A DNA stretch of 62,908 bases, counting the filler, from Rhabdomonas costata (taxonomy: Eukaryota): assembly GCA_019059605.1 (NCBI GenBank). It is 35 parts of 35 records of this genome, joined end to end, with 100 filler letters (N's around TTAATTAATTAA, not from the genome) between each part and the next. Parts side by side here need not be neighbours in the genome. Positions count along the whole stretch, not along the records: positions 46,816 to 48,515 come from JAHMHO010010442.1; positions 48,616 to 50,315 come from JAHMHO010010443.1; positions 50,416 to 52,115 come from JAHMHO010010444.1; positions 52,216 to 53,902 come from JAHMHO010010445.1; positions 54,003 to 55,702 come from JAHMHO010010446.1; positions 55,803 to 57,502 come from JAHMHO010010447.1; positions 57,603 to 59,301 come from JAHMHO010010448.1; positions 59,402 to 61,101 come from JAHMHO010010449.1; 27 more parts are not named here. The stretch is one strand, 5' to 3'. The first letter of the stretch is position 1, and each line of letters opens with the position of its first letter. Position numbers and translations under genes: made by a program. The notes beneath the pieces are model-generated. The model saw nothing but the letters and a program-made list of their open reading frames with translations, had not been told where the DNA came from and did not search any database. Shown here piece after piece: positions 47,481-59,500 of the stretch.

Positions 47481-48515
47481 TCACTTCTTTACCCAAAGTA
47501 CAGCCAACGGGTGCAGGGCAAGTGTGTTCTCGCTGACCAGCTCGAGGTACTCCACCTCATCCACAGGCGCAGCCTGGAACCCGTACCCCAGCGAAACCCC
47601 GACCACGTGAGTGTCCACCGCTCCGTTGAAAAGGGGCCGCGGATGTCCCCCCGACCCGTAGAACCGCGAGAAGCTGTGCTTGTCCCCGGGGGTGGTGTAG
47701 GCCTTGGCGCGGGTCACGGGGTACACCAGACCCACCGCCGCCGCGAAAAGAACCACAGGCCAGCAACCCTCCGCGTTGCTCGGCCTCACACCTTCGCTGG
47801 AGAGCTCTCCGCTGGCGTACTGCGCGGCATATTCCAGGCTGGGGGTGGTGTAGCAGCCATACCTGAGGGACATTCCCCCACCCAAAAAAAAATCCCCGAT
47901 AAAACGTGAGGACGTCATTGGCCGTACCTGGCATGCAAGCAGCAAGGGTAAGCTAAACAGATTCCCCCATAAATGCACCGCACCTCCAGGACCAATTCCG
48001 ACCTTTTTCACATTACCAAAGACCATCCTTGCTTCCGTCCTTCATATCACATTGCAAACAGAAGGCGAGAAAACAGCGACTGCACACAAGCATCACCCAG
48101 AAGTCTTCCAAGATGGGTCGGCGATAATAACAAAATATACGGTATCGTGGAAGCCTTAAAATGGAGGGTTGCGGAAAAATTCCGATAGGTTGGGGGGGAA
48201 AGCTCGATCATCCCATCCCCTTCACTTTCACTACATAACCAGCACATTTCGAAGTTGAATGGACCATAAAACTCATCAGCAAAGATAAAAATAGACCTAA
48301 TAGAACATGGAGCGAAGGACACAAGACGGATAGATGACGCTTTCGTGCGCCTACCCAAAGTAGCCACTGTCCTCCCGGATGAACTTCTGCAGCCCCGCCC
48401 CGAGGATGTCCTCCACACAATCCACACGAGTCCCGTGGAACGTCAGCAAAGCGTTCGTCCGCCGGTTCCGCGTCACAAACATCCCCTTCAACTCACCCAC
48501 CAACCGAACCATCGT
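47481..48515 (-). CDS. PARP-like (H-Y-E class) ADP-ribosyltransferase catalytic domain, C-terminal (exons >48500-48355, 47862-47481)
   Basis: LLTFHGT...DSGYFG|YGCYTTPSLEYAAQYA...VVLFAAAVG..YPVT...DTHVV...YLELV...LHPLAVLWV*. HGT, GxGxY, YAxxY and terminal E motifs are in the expected order, with a consistent phase-2 join. Confidence 0.85.
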
Positions 48516-49329
48516 NNNNNNNNNNNNNNNNNNNNNNNNNNNNNNNNNNNNNNNNNNNNTTAATTAATTAANNNNNNNNNNNNNNNNNNNNNNNNNNNNN
48601 NNNNNNNNNNNNNNNGTTTTGTGGTGCCAGGGAACGTGGGCGTATGATGCCCGTCAACCGAAACCGCGTCTTCGTTGGCACGGGAACCGTAGGCTACCCG
48701 TTTGCGGTACTATTGTGGTCTTGTGCGTGACCTTGGTTTTTGTGTTGAATTTCATGCCCGCACGGAAGCACACTTCAGAGAATCGTTGCATTGTCTGGTG
48801 GTCCGTATGGTAGGGCATGTCATCAGCATGGCTCGGGGGGAGCCGCCAAACGCTACCCAGTAGGCGCGCTTCTGGAAGCTTTCGATGCCCCCCTTACCGT
48901 TGGCGAAAGGAAGCAATCTTGGCGCAAAACCCGCGGTAAGCGTTAACGTGCATTGGTCCGGCTCCGATCGGTGATGAAGACGCGGACCTAATGAGTTGGT
49001 GTAAAAGAGCTGGATGATTCCTATGAAACGCTTAATGTTACATTTGAGAGCGCTCCAAGAAAAGTTCCCACATTACAAAGGCCTGCGTCGTTTCAATAAA
49101 GCAGATGTGGAGCCGGCTATCGTGAATCTGATGGAACTTCCCTCACAGGCGCCTGAAGGGAAATTTGGAATCTGTTGTACTGCTTCCCTAGTGTCTTCTT
49201 TTTGGAATTTGTCCCAAAGACACATTACTACATCAAAAACCCATTTAAATACAGTATCTGGGCTTAGCCAAAATTTTACAACTTGATATGTTTCCACTAT
49301 GTGTTTGTTAACTATCAGCGCAGTGACGT

Positions 49330-49680
49330 GATTTTCAATACATCATTCATAGACATGCTTCTCAGAAGACTGTGTCTTCAATCGCCAATACATTATTACT
49401 TTTAGTTGGCCTCCGACTGTGACCCTGCAAAACTTCTTTAACAATCAAAACATTTTTCGTGATAAATGGTACCTGATCGGGGCTTTTTGGAATTCCAGAT
49501 CCATTGGCATCAGTGCCGCACTGGTAACGTCTAGGATTTGATTTGTGCTCACAAGAGAAGTTACACATTCCAATTAACATCCACAGCTAGCGCGGAACTT
49601 ATGTGAGAACGTTGTAAACAGAACTAGCAGAGCAGCAAATTTCTCTGGATAAGCGGCGCTTTATTTACAAAATGATTCCA
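49330..49680 (+). mobile_element. Possible decayed PIF/Harbinger (DDE_Tnp_4-like) transposase fragment
   Basis: AT-rich contig with MVPDRGF (49465-49485) and downstream ARNLCENVVNR in broken frames, with several stops. Confidence 0.25.
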
Positions 49681-50733
49681 GGAATGTTGCCTGAAATCAT
49701 CCACCATCGGTGGACAAAAGACCATGTAATACGTGTCTATTAGTAGTCAAGACTTCCTGCACATTGACTCTACGGAATTAGCCAGCATGATTAGTTGTAA
49801 TTGTGACTTACTTCTTCCTTATAGTGATCTATAATTCTTGCAGTAATTATGTGAGTTGGTTATCATACTTACTGTGTTCCTGTTCCTGTATCTGCGCAGC
49901 AAAAAAATGCCTCCATTTTCTGTTTACCATACGGCAGACGCATTACACAACTGGCAATGTGAGGCACTTAAATGAATGATTTCTTCGTGTTAAAAACATT
50001 GAAAAAAACGATATTTTCTATTTGATTGACATTGTGTCAATCTTGAATTCACCAATACCGTAATTAGGTTTGCTAGAGCTGGTTTTTTTTGCCTTCAATT
50101 GTTGCAGCTTAAATATCGGTATTATTTTGTAATTTTTCTTCCCCTCAATTGGATGAACATGTGCGCTTTTGTCATGAAGTTAAAAGGTATCACAAAAATA
50201 TATTGAATTATAACTAAACCTCCACATCAAGGCTTCAAAAACTGACTTAATGATGGGACTTCTCACCAACATTATCGCTGTCCTGCGCAAACAGTGCATA
50301 GTGCCCACACACACANNNNNNNNNNNNNNNNNNNNNNNNNNNNNNNNNNNNNNNNNNNNTTAATTAATTAANNNNNNNNNNNNNNNNNNNNNNNNNNNNN
50401 NNNNNNNNNNNNNNNGTCCCAGTGCGTGTGGTTCTTTGTTTCTCTTCTTCATCCGGATGGCCATAGCTGTTTTGCCAGGGTTTGCCTATGGTGTGGAGCC
50501 TGCTTTCCTGGGTATCGTTATGTGTGTGTGGATTTTTGTCATGATAGAGCTTCACTTAACCCCACTGGAACTATTTTTCTTGTGAAGCTTCCCTTCGGTC
50601 GCTTAGTTTGCTTCCTCACCAATCTTTGTGCTGGGGGATACATTTCTTCTACAAAACTGTGCGCAGGTTTTTCGCCTTCCTCCCATTTCTTTCCTTTCCT
50701 TTCTCGTGACGTTACTTATGGAATAATAGCAGG

Positions 50734-50961
50734 ATGACAACCAGGCCCATGCTCAGCTTTGTGCCGGTAGGCAGCGTGGCGGACCTGTTCCACTGGAACG
50801 CCCGCAGAGAGCTCGGCCGGGGCACCTTCGCCGTGGTCTACCATGCGACCTGCGCCACCTCGCACGCCGAAAAGGACTTCAAGGGCATCACCGCGGGCAC
50901 CGCGTACGCCGTCAAGGCCATCCTGAAGGATGAGGGCACCGCCTCCTATGTGCACCACGAG
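50734..50961 (+). CDS. Ser/Thr protein kinase (CAMK-like), first exon
   Basis: ELGRGTFAVVY (Gly-rich loop), YAVKAI (VAIK Lys), and alphaC Glu at the GT donor 50962. Confidence 0.85.
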
Positions 50962-52329
50962 GTCGGCTGGGGCGAACTTTTCTCCGAAGTTCCATTTTTA
51001 TGTTGCATAATCGAAAGTCGATGAGTAGCTTTGAACTTTCTGTATCCGTATAACTGCCCTGCAAATGTTGGATGGATGTCTTGTGCGCGTTTTTGACTCA
51101 ACACCATTCAGTGATGACCGAAGCTCCTCTCGGTCCAAGTAAATTTAAAGTGTTTTCAGTTTGTCGGCCATTTTGCAGTCTCCTTCAGGATTGTCTTGCA
51201 TCCCCGAGAGCAGACTTCCATGACAAATGAGAAAGGGGCAATCTATACCAACTCCATCACCCACCGTCTCCACCAACACAGCCCGGCTTTGTTGGCAGCC
51301 ACGGTGTATTTGTTTTCTGGACCTCCCTTTCTTTCGGAAGTGGTGACGAATGGAGACAGCAGAATGGCGAAGTGTGCTTTTCTGACAAAGTAGGGTGCGC
51401 CTTACTTCCCGTCAGATGTCTTTGCTCCGAAAAACAAAAACGCACGCACATGCACACGCACACTTTGTTCTAGTCCTTTCCTCGGGGAAAAGACCACGAA
51501 AATCACAACAAAAATGGACAAACGTTTTCAGGTGCACAACCTGCAAGGAATGCAGGCGCTGTTTCTGTCCGTCCTGACTAGAACATATATAAGTGACAGA
51601 GTGAGTGAGCATGAGAGCCACGGGAAACAGCCAGGCAGACATCGAGGAGCAAGCAAAGCTTTGGACACACTGTCAGGTGGATAAACCCCATACACCCCGT
51701 TCCAACACCCGCACCCAACCCTGTCGACCGACCCACAACAGCACCGAGCCACAGAAACGCCCAAGGCTGGGGAAAGATGCAGGCTGCGATCAGAGGTTCA
51801 AGACTGGCCAATTTCACGAGAACGCTGAACATTGGCTCGAGCAACCATACACGCACGCACGCACGCACACGCACACACACACGGCGCTCGCATAGAGGCG
51901 AGGTGAGGGAAACCGACCCATATCCGCGGCAGAACAGTTTGCGAAACTCGGGTACCTTACGCAGACATCCCACATTTGTGGAAGGAGAACGATGAACGCA
52001 GGAGGGGAGGAAACCACCCCACCGGAACTCCCTGCCGAAGTAGGGAGAGGGCAAAGCGTCTAACCCATCACTTATGGGGATACTGCTTCGCTTTTGATGA
52101 ACTGCACCACCACCCNNNNNNNNNNNNNNNNNNNNNNNNNNNNNNNNNNNNNNNNNNNNTTAATTAATTAANNNNNNNNNNNNNNNNNNNNNNNNNNNNN
52201 NNNNNNNNNNNNNNNTTGTTTTTTCCTGCCACTTCTTTTGGTCACTCCTTCGCACTCGTTTCTGTACCGCAGTTTCCCATTTGGTTCTTTTCTTTCGCAG
52301 GGTTCAGCTTTCTTTTTCTCTATTCGAAG

Positions 52330-53379
52330 GTCTGTGTGGAGTTGGTGAAGCTCGGTGCTGAGATCGACGCCCAAGACAACTCCGGGTGGACCGCGGCGAT
52401 GTTTGCAGCGGACAGTGGCCGGGCGGAGGTACTGTGTGATTTGCTCCGTGACTGCCTCTCCTTTTTTAGCGCAGATTGCGCGGTTGTCCGTTTGGAGGAA
52501 GGCCTACAGTGCCCTCCAGGTGCCTTTCCCAGAATTAGCAAGACAGGGGAAAGCCGGCGGGCGGGGAGTCTTTAGCGTTGGCTGGCGCAGCCTTTTCTCC
52601 CACAGAACAGAACAGAACCAGGGGTGGCAACTTTTTTGCGTTCGTAAAAAAAAACAAAATCGCAAAATATGCTTTTGTGCGAAAAATATCGTGCGTAAAA
52701 GTTGTTGCAGTAGAAATCGACTTCTATGAGGCACGCTACCACGGAGGTAGAGGTGGTCAAGAAATTTTTTTGGGGGGTTTGGCCTCTCTGCGCACCTTGT
52801 TGGTAAAGTGTTGTTATGTGTTCATGCAAAACTGTCGTGCACATTTACCGCGTCGTGGCCTCCCACACAGCAACATCCCCACACCCTGCACCAAAGAAGA
52901 TTTCGTGGAACTTTATCGAATATGTTGGATTGACGGGCGCGGTAGAACGATATTTTGTGTACCCCATTCTGTTTTTTGTTTTCCCTTGGTTTCGTTATGG
53001 GCTGGAAAATTGTCATTGAATTGAACACAAACCGTTAAATTCGCTGGAAAAAACTGAAAAAAAATCGTAAAAAAAATTTTTCGTGCCAGAAGATGAACAT
53101 TTTAGAAGATCAGTTTGCCCTCCTCTGTGCCTTTCCTTCTCTTATTTATCCTCCTTTCCCAAGAAGGGGTCGCGCGCCGCTTGGAAGCTGAGCAAAGCAC
53201 TGAGATGTTGGAAAATAGGTGCTGAACTGGCAGAAGCAGAAAGTGAAAAGGTTATCCAGTTTCTCTCTCCTTTGTTCCAGACCATCGCTGCTCTGATGAA
53301 GCTTGGCGCCAACCTTACCGTGAAGGCCTCCGATGAGCGCACTTTACTGATGTGTTCTGCCAATGGGGGGCTCAAGGAG
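52330..53379 (+). CDS. Ankyrin-repeat protein, partial (exons 52330-52428, 53281-53379)
   Basis: VCVELVKLGAEIDAQDNSGWTAAMFAADSGRAE|TIAALMKLGANLTVKASDERTLLMCSANGGLKE. Each exon is exactly 99 nt, phase 0. Confidence 0.9.
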
Positions 53380-54002
53380 GTGTGCGGTGCGCGAGTTCTA
53401 GCTGTGGTTTGGGATTTACGCGGTTCTACCTTATTCTGCTGTGGGTATGTGTGTGTTGAACCACTTCCCTTTGTGTGGTGCTGTACCTCCCGAGGGAGAG
53501 AGATGCTTGTACCTTCAGAGGACTCCGGACTCTGTGATGATCGAACGGAGACTCACTTCTTAAACATTTTTGGAGAACCAAACGAGAGTGAAAGCCGGCA
53601 CACACATGGCGGGCAGATCCTTCAGTGGAACCTCGGCGGTGAGCCGGTTCCTCCAAAGCCTATAGTTCTCGCGAACACCCGTGTCAAAAGCACCCTGTCA
53701 GTCAAGTCACCACTAGCTTCTCACGCAACAGCCAGGGTGCTGTGCAAAAAGGTCCAAAACGATTAACGCCCCTCCTTCCCCCTCAAAAAATGCGCTGTCC
53801 CAGAAATGCTGTTTTAATCTTAAACGCGCGCAACCCATGATTCGCACAGAGGAGTGCAATGGCACTGTTGTCTGACGTTGGGGTGCCGCCTCCCCAACAA
53901 CCNNNNNNNNNNNNNNNNNNNNNNNNNNNNNNNNNNNNNNNNNNNNTTAATTAATTAANNNNNNNNNNNNNNNNNNNNNNNNNNNNNNNNNNNNNNNNNN
54001 NN

Positions 54003-54763
54003 AGGCGCGGGCACGGGGTGGCACGACAAGCCCCCGGACGACTGGGACGAAGAGAGGGAGCGCCGCCGCGAGCGCCGGCGAAAGCTTCGGGAGCAGGAGC
54101 TCGCCGAAGAGGAGGAGAGGGAGAGGCGCCGCCCTGCCATGGCCGCCGCGGGGTGCGTCGCGCGAGCTCCTTTGCTTTTGCAGTGGTTGCTGTTGGAGCG
54201 TAATACTAGGCTTTCACCGCAGCATTGGGCCCCCGAAATGACACGGATCTTTTTCAAGGTAAACAAATGGAATATAAATGGTGGAGCTGACTGCCCCCAT
54301 CCTTTGCTCCCTCTCTTCGGACACCCTCAACTGCTTCATGCACTTTGGAGCGTGGTGGTTCCTTTTCGTCCTTTTGGATTCTTCTGCTATTTATTGCGGA
54401 AATTAGGGGCTGGTGTGCGTGGCGTTCATCTTGCAAAACAGAACCTGAAAGGACCCAGGTTTTGGCCCAGTTTTGTCGAGATCCATATGAACACAACTCT
54501 TCATTCGTTGTGTCTGCCTCAAAGAGGGTTTTTTCCATCACTTTGAACGAATTCCCGTGGACCCTTTATTCCGCCCTACCCGTCCAATGGCGCAGGCACG
54601 TTGATGACGGCTCTGTGCGGAGCGGCGTGCCCGCCCGTGCTGGGGTAGGGGCCGCGGAGGCCCCATCAGACCCCTACGAGGCCTTCCGCAAAACTCAAAG
54701 CGCCTCAAGATTCTCCACCAAGCCGTCGCCCGTTCCGATCGTCCCCATCGTCAGTGTCGCCAG
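54003..54763 (+). CDS. R/E-rich protein with a CHERP-like C-terminal motif, partial (exons <54003-54152, 54596-54763)
   Basis: DDWDEERERRRERRRKLREQE...G|HVDDGSV...AGVGAAEAPSDPYEAFRKTQS. GVG...DPYExxR resembles the end of splicing factor CHERP. The coding call is more secure than the family call. Confidence 0.45.
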
Positions 54764-56413
54764 GTGAGTGTTTGCTTTTTTGTGTGTGTTTGTTTCGGTG
54801 GGCCAGAGTTCTCCAGCGCAGCCGCTTAGCGATCGTCTGGCTCTCCCAACAGTCGCGTGCACGAATCCTCCTACATTCCTGTCATCATCTCCAGGGCATC
54901 AGCCTGTCGTTTTGATGCAATTCTCAGACTCAGAGCAATACTCAATGGTTGTGCACGCTCACCACATCGACGAGGACGAGGACGACCAGGTTCTTTGAGT
55001 AACGCCCCTCGACGTCTCCGTGCCAGAGAACACCTAAACGGTAGCGAGGGGTTCCTGGGGGGAACATCCTACATCAGCCCGAGTGCCGGCTCCTCTTGTA
55101 GGTGAGGCAGCAACACTCGAACAATGGGTATGGTGTTCAAAGGCAAAAGAGACCGAAAGCAGTGCATTAACATGAACCGTGTACCGGTTTTGTCCCTTCC
55201 CAATTGCCATCCAAAGTTTCACCACGGAACGAGACTCTGGGCATTTAAGCGCGCCGAGGCAACTAATGACCCCAACCAGGCACCTGCTGGCCCCATGTGA
55301 AGGGGAAGACCACCCCGCCCCTATGCACACCTGCGCTGCAAAGAAAACACCGAAGACGAAGACCTGCACCCTCTCTTAAACACCGGAATCAACAGAACCC
55401 ATGACCCCTTAACCACGCGCAGCAACAACAACAGAAGAACGATGAACCAATGAAGCACATCCACCAACGGATCACGCAGTCAAAGTCGCAAAGGTCACAA
55501 ATGGGAGAAGTGCAGTATTGGCAAAAAGACAGGAATGAATCCAGGAATGGCAACAGCGTTTCTTTAAACAATTGATCACCCTTTTGTAGGTAATGAATTT
55601 ACACCAAGCCCCCAACCAGAAACTATTAGGTTCTTAGGTGTTGCTCTTTTTTCTTTTCACACACAAGACGGCTTTCCACGCACTCGCGCAATCTACACAA
55701 CANNNNNNNNNNNNNNNNNNNNNNNNNNNNNNNNNNNNNNNNNNNNTTAATTAATTAANNNNNNNNNNNNNNNNNNNNNNNNNNNNNNNNNNNNNNNNNN
55801 NNGTGGTGGGTGTGTTTGGTGTGTTGGTTTGATGCGTATGTTTTTAGTGAGGGGGTGATGGCCCCGCGCTTACCCAGGAAGCGGGAAGCGGGCGCGGTAT
55901 ACAGAGCCTTGCTTCCGGAAGTGTCGTGTAAAAAAGGTCACAAGGCTAGTTCTGGTAACGCTTTTGTACCTTGAGAATCTCTATACCGGGAGATGGGGCA
56001 CATCCCCCATCCCGATTAACGAAGAAGAGGAAGTCGTGGTGACTCTGCAGTACGGTCCCAAGTCCTTTATGGATCAACCAGTTTCCCCACAGGAACACCC
56101 TCCAGCACCATGCTTGGGCTGGGTGTTTTGCAGGGTTCCACCTTTCTGTCTTACCTGCCTTGCCTTTGTTTGAGAGCTAGTGCTTCACTTGTGTCCGATG
56201 GTGGCGTGGGGGCCGAGAGTGGGACAGTAAAGGATTGTGTTGCCCAAATCTTGCCGAAATGAGGGTGTCCCTGTGTCTACCCTGTTAGTCTCTTGGCAGT
56301 GCTTGTGCTGATTCAGTGGACTGATCGGGGGTTTGGTCATTATGCCACTGCCTCGGTTCCACGTGGACTCACCCATGACTCCTCCCGCAACCCCTCCTTT
56401 GCCGCGCCCTCAG

Positions 56414-56545
56414 GAAGGAGGCCAAGAAGCAGACGTATCAGAAACTGTACGACCAGTACATCACGCAGACTAACCCCGTGTTCCCCAAGCTCTCCCAGGA
56501 CGCACAGTCCGCGATGGCCAACCGGCTGCACACCAAGGCGTCGGG
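56414..56545 (+). CDS. Internal exon, unknown protein (KEAKKQTYQKLYDQYITQTNPVFPKLSQDAQSAMANRLHTKAS)
   Basis: Pyrimidine-rich acceptor, GTGAG donor and strong GC3 bias. Confidence 0.55.
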
Positions 56546-59500
56546 GTGAGGCCTCGCCGGTGCTGCGGGCGGGGTGGGGGGGGAGCCCCACCCCAGTGTT
56601 TTTATCATCTTCTTGTTCATGTGGGTAGCAGGTGGAAGCAAGCCGTGCGCTGTGCGTGTGTGTTCTGAATCTTGAAAGGTTCCACTGAAGACTGCATGTA
56701 AGCACGTTTTATGTCAATTTGTTGTTGTGCCTTCCCCGCATTCTTCAACTGGAGTTCCCGGATTGGCTGCTCTCGGGATTAATGCTTCTGCGGAAGTCAT
56801 GCCACGGCTGGTGTAGTATCTGAGGTCGAGCGGCTGTTCCAATGCGTGCACGCTCGCTCTCCTTGGGTATCCCTCAATGTGTGTGTCCGTACGTGTCGGT
56901 TTGGAGTTAGCCCATGACGTTTGCCCGTGTTTTTGAGTCCGAATTTCCGACTTGTCCACCACACGTAATGGCAAGGCGAGAAAGAACTGTCGGTTGTGCC
57001 GTGGGTCATTTTCTTTTTAATGATTGCGGAAGCTGTATGTTGGTACACCATTCACTTATTTCTCTGCTTACACAGCCCGGAATATGTTTTTACCAGAGTG
57101 AGAGCAATCACTTCTATTATGCTGACATTATGACGGATGCTCTGCACTTTAGAGTTGCTTATGTGAGGAGAGTACTGCAGCGTCATATTCATCGAAAGAT
57201 TTCGACATATATTGAATGCCCGAAGCCCAAGCTCCAGAATTATGACCCGTCAAGAAGCAGGGCAGCAATTGCGTCATGCACAGATGTAATACGACCACAA
57301 TGCCGTGAGGCTCCAACCCCCTTCTACTTTTTCCCAAGGCTGATCTTTTCCTTGGTTTCCTCGTTCGTTTTCACTCGATTAATTTGCTTGTTCAGCAAAA
57401 CCTGGGTGAACCCTGTTCCCCTGCGCGGTCACCACCTCCATAACCACCCCAGCACTCCTTTCCTTCCCAAAAATTAAAGGAGCGACACTCTGCGGAACTT
57501 TTNNNNNNNNNNNNNNNNNNNNNNNNNNNNNNNNNNNNNNNNNNNNTTAATTAATTAANNNNNNNNNNNNNNNNNNNNNNNNNNNNNNNNNNNNNNNNNN
57601 NNTTGTTGGTGTTGTGGCCTTGACTTCTGGATTTGGCAAGGTGTGCTTCCTTCTGTGACTTAGGGACAGTTGTGGTTTTCTGTTCGGGTTTGTGGGAACA
57701 CACGCAGATGTGAAGGATTGCTTTGATGAAATGCAAGCTGCCCGTAACCTGGGTCGCGTGCAAGTGTTGGACGTGGGGTGCTGGCTCACCAGATAACAGA
57801 GCAGGAAGCTCTGCCTGCCCCACGTGTCCCAGGCTTTTGTACAGAAAACGTGCAAAAGCAACTTTTTGACCTCCTCCACCCGGCGCCCAACACTGGGGCG
57901 AGAAACCCTTGTGCATGCATTCGGGGTGCCCACTCCACTCTCACCGCAGAATGCGGGGAACAAGTGCAGAACCGCCCATCTTGCGGCGGCACACGCGCAG
58001 CTTATCCCTGTGCACCAATTTGGCGACAACTACCACGCGTTGGCGTGTGTGTATCGCAGTGTTTGACATGCACTCAATTGGTCATGGGGTTGGATGCACT
58101 TCTCACGTGAGCGCAGGTTTTTGGCATTGGTTTACACGCTGATGGGTATGCCGTGTTGGTGTCATGACGTTCGGCGAACTTCCACAGCAGTGCTGTTTTA
58201 GTTGGAGCAGTGCTGTTGCGTCGAGGGCAGCATCTCAGCAATTGAGTTTAGCATTGTGCACGTGGAAGGGGTAATGGGCTTCCCTTAGAGATTCTGCTAC
58301 CCTGCTACCCTGGTATTAGACTGATGTGATGGAATGGTTACAAAGATCACGTTATGTACACCTCCTTCATTATGGGTTCGGCTAAGACAAAGACCTTGCG
58401 GGGACATCACCAGCCAGTTCCCACGACAACAGGGCGGGACGGAATTTTGTGTTGGATAAAACCATAAAAGAAAGCGTGAAATAATAGATGCAGTCGGATC
58501 GATCCTCGGCCTTGGATCTTCTGGAGTTCATTCAGGGGACCGACGTAGCCAGGAACTCTTTCTGGTTTTTTTGGGCTTGCCCACTCATTGGTGGCAATTA
58601 CCCTGTTTTTGTACGTATATGCACGCATTTTCTTCGCGATTCGCATAACGTCTGACAAGTTGCAGTCCATAATTTTTATTGTAACCCAAATTTTGGATGG
58701 TGGTGAGGCGGTTGGGGATTGGCCGAAGCGGCAGCAGCGATCGTCGGGAAACGAGGTTAGGAACCGGCCCGCGTGCTGCCACCCTCAATTTAGGTGACCA
58801 CGGTGTACTTCCTGGCCAGCCATGCCCGAAAGCTGGGGTGGCCGTGGCCTGCGATCGCGTCACGAAAGCCCAAGTCGAGCACATGGCCCAGGCCACGCTG
58901 GTGGACCTGGTCCCTGGGGAGGAACTTCCTCCAGCCCTGCTGCACGGGACCACCACTTTGCGCTCGCTGGCGTCGGGCAGCTTTGAGTTCCTTACCTTTC
59001 CGTCGTCTTTTTTGCGGCCCGCTGTGGTGACAGAGTCGGGGCGTGCAAGCGCGCCCTTAAGTTCTTCGTCACTGCCGGGTGTAGCTTCGGAGCCTGAGGC
59101 CGACCAAGACTTCGTCGGACCAAGCAGGTACATCGGCTTCGGGAGAGGATCGTCAGCAATATGGATTTGGGGTTTTGGACCTCCTGAGAGGAAGGCGAGG
59201 GCTCACCAACGAAAACAGCACGATGTCCCTTGAAAGAACAAGAGAGCGGCAAGGGAGGGACTAGGAACCAAGACACATTTGACAGGTCCTCATCCCGTGC
59301 ANNNNNNNNNNNNNNNNNNNNNNNNNNNNNNNNNNNNNNNNNNNNTTAATTAATTAANNNNNNNNNNNNNNNNNNNNNNNNNNNNNNNNNNNNNNNNNNN
59401 NGGAGACGAAGCAGTTGGTGGAGGCCCTCCAGGTGCGCAGCGGATAGTGCTGCCACTTATTATCGGGAGGAGCTTATCAGGAGTTGTGGGCTTTAATGGC

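Noticed and set aside
37811..48515. Apparent defence island (IFI44-like GTPase, pseudo-cyclase, peptidase, ADP-ribosyltransferase)
   Set aside because: The genes lie on separate contigs grouped by length, so adjacency has no biological meaning.
48621..48632. GTGGTGCCAGGG, resembling part of the trypanosomatid ingi/L1Tc 5' signature
   Set aside because: Only 12 nt at a contig edge. The downstream sequence does not continue the signature and the upstream half is missing.
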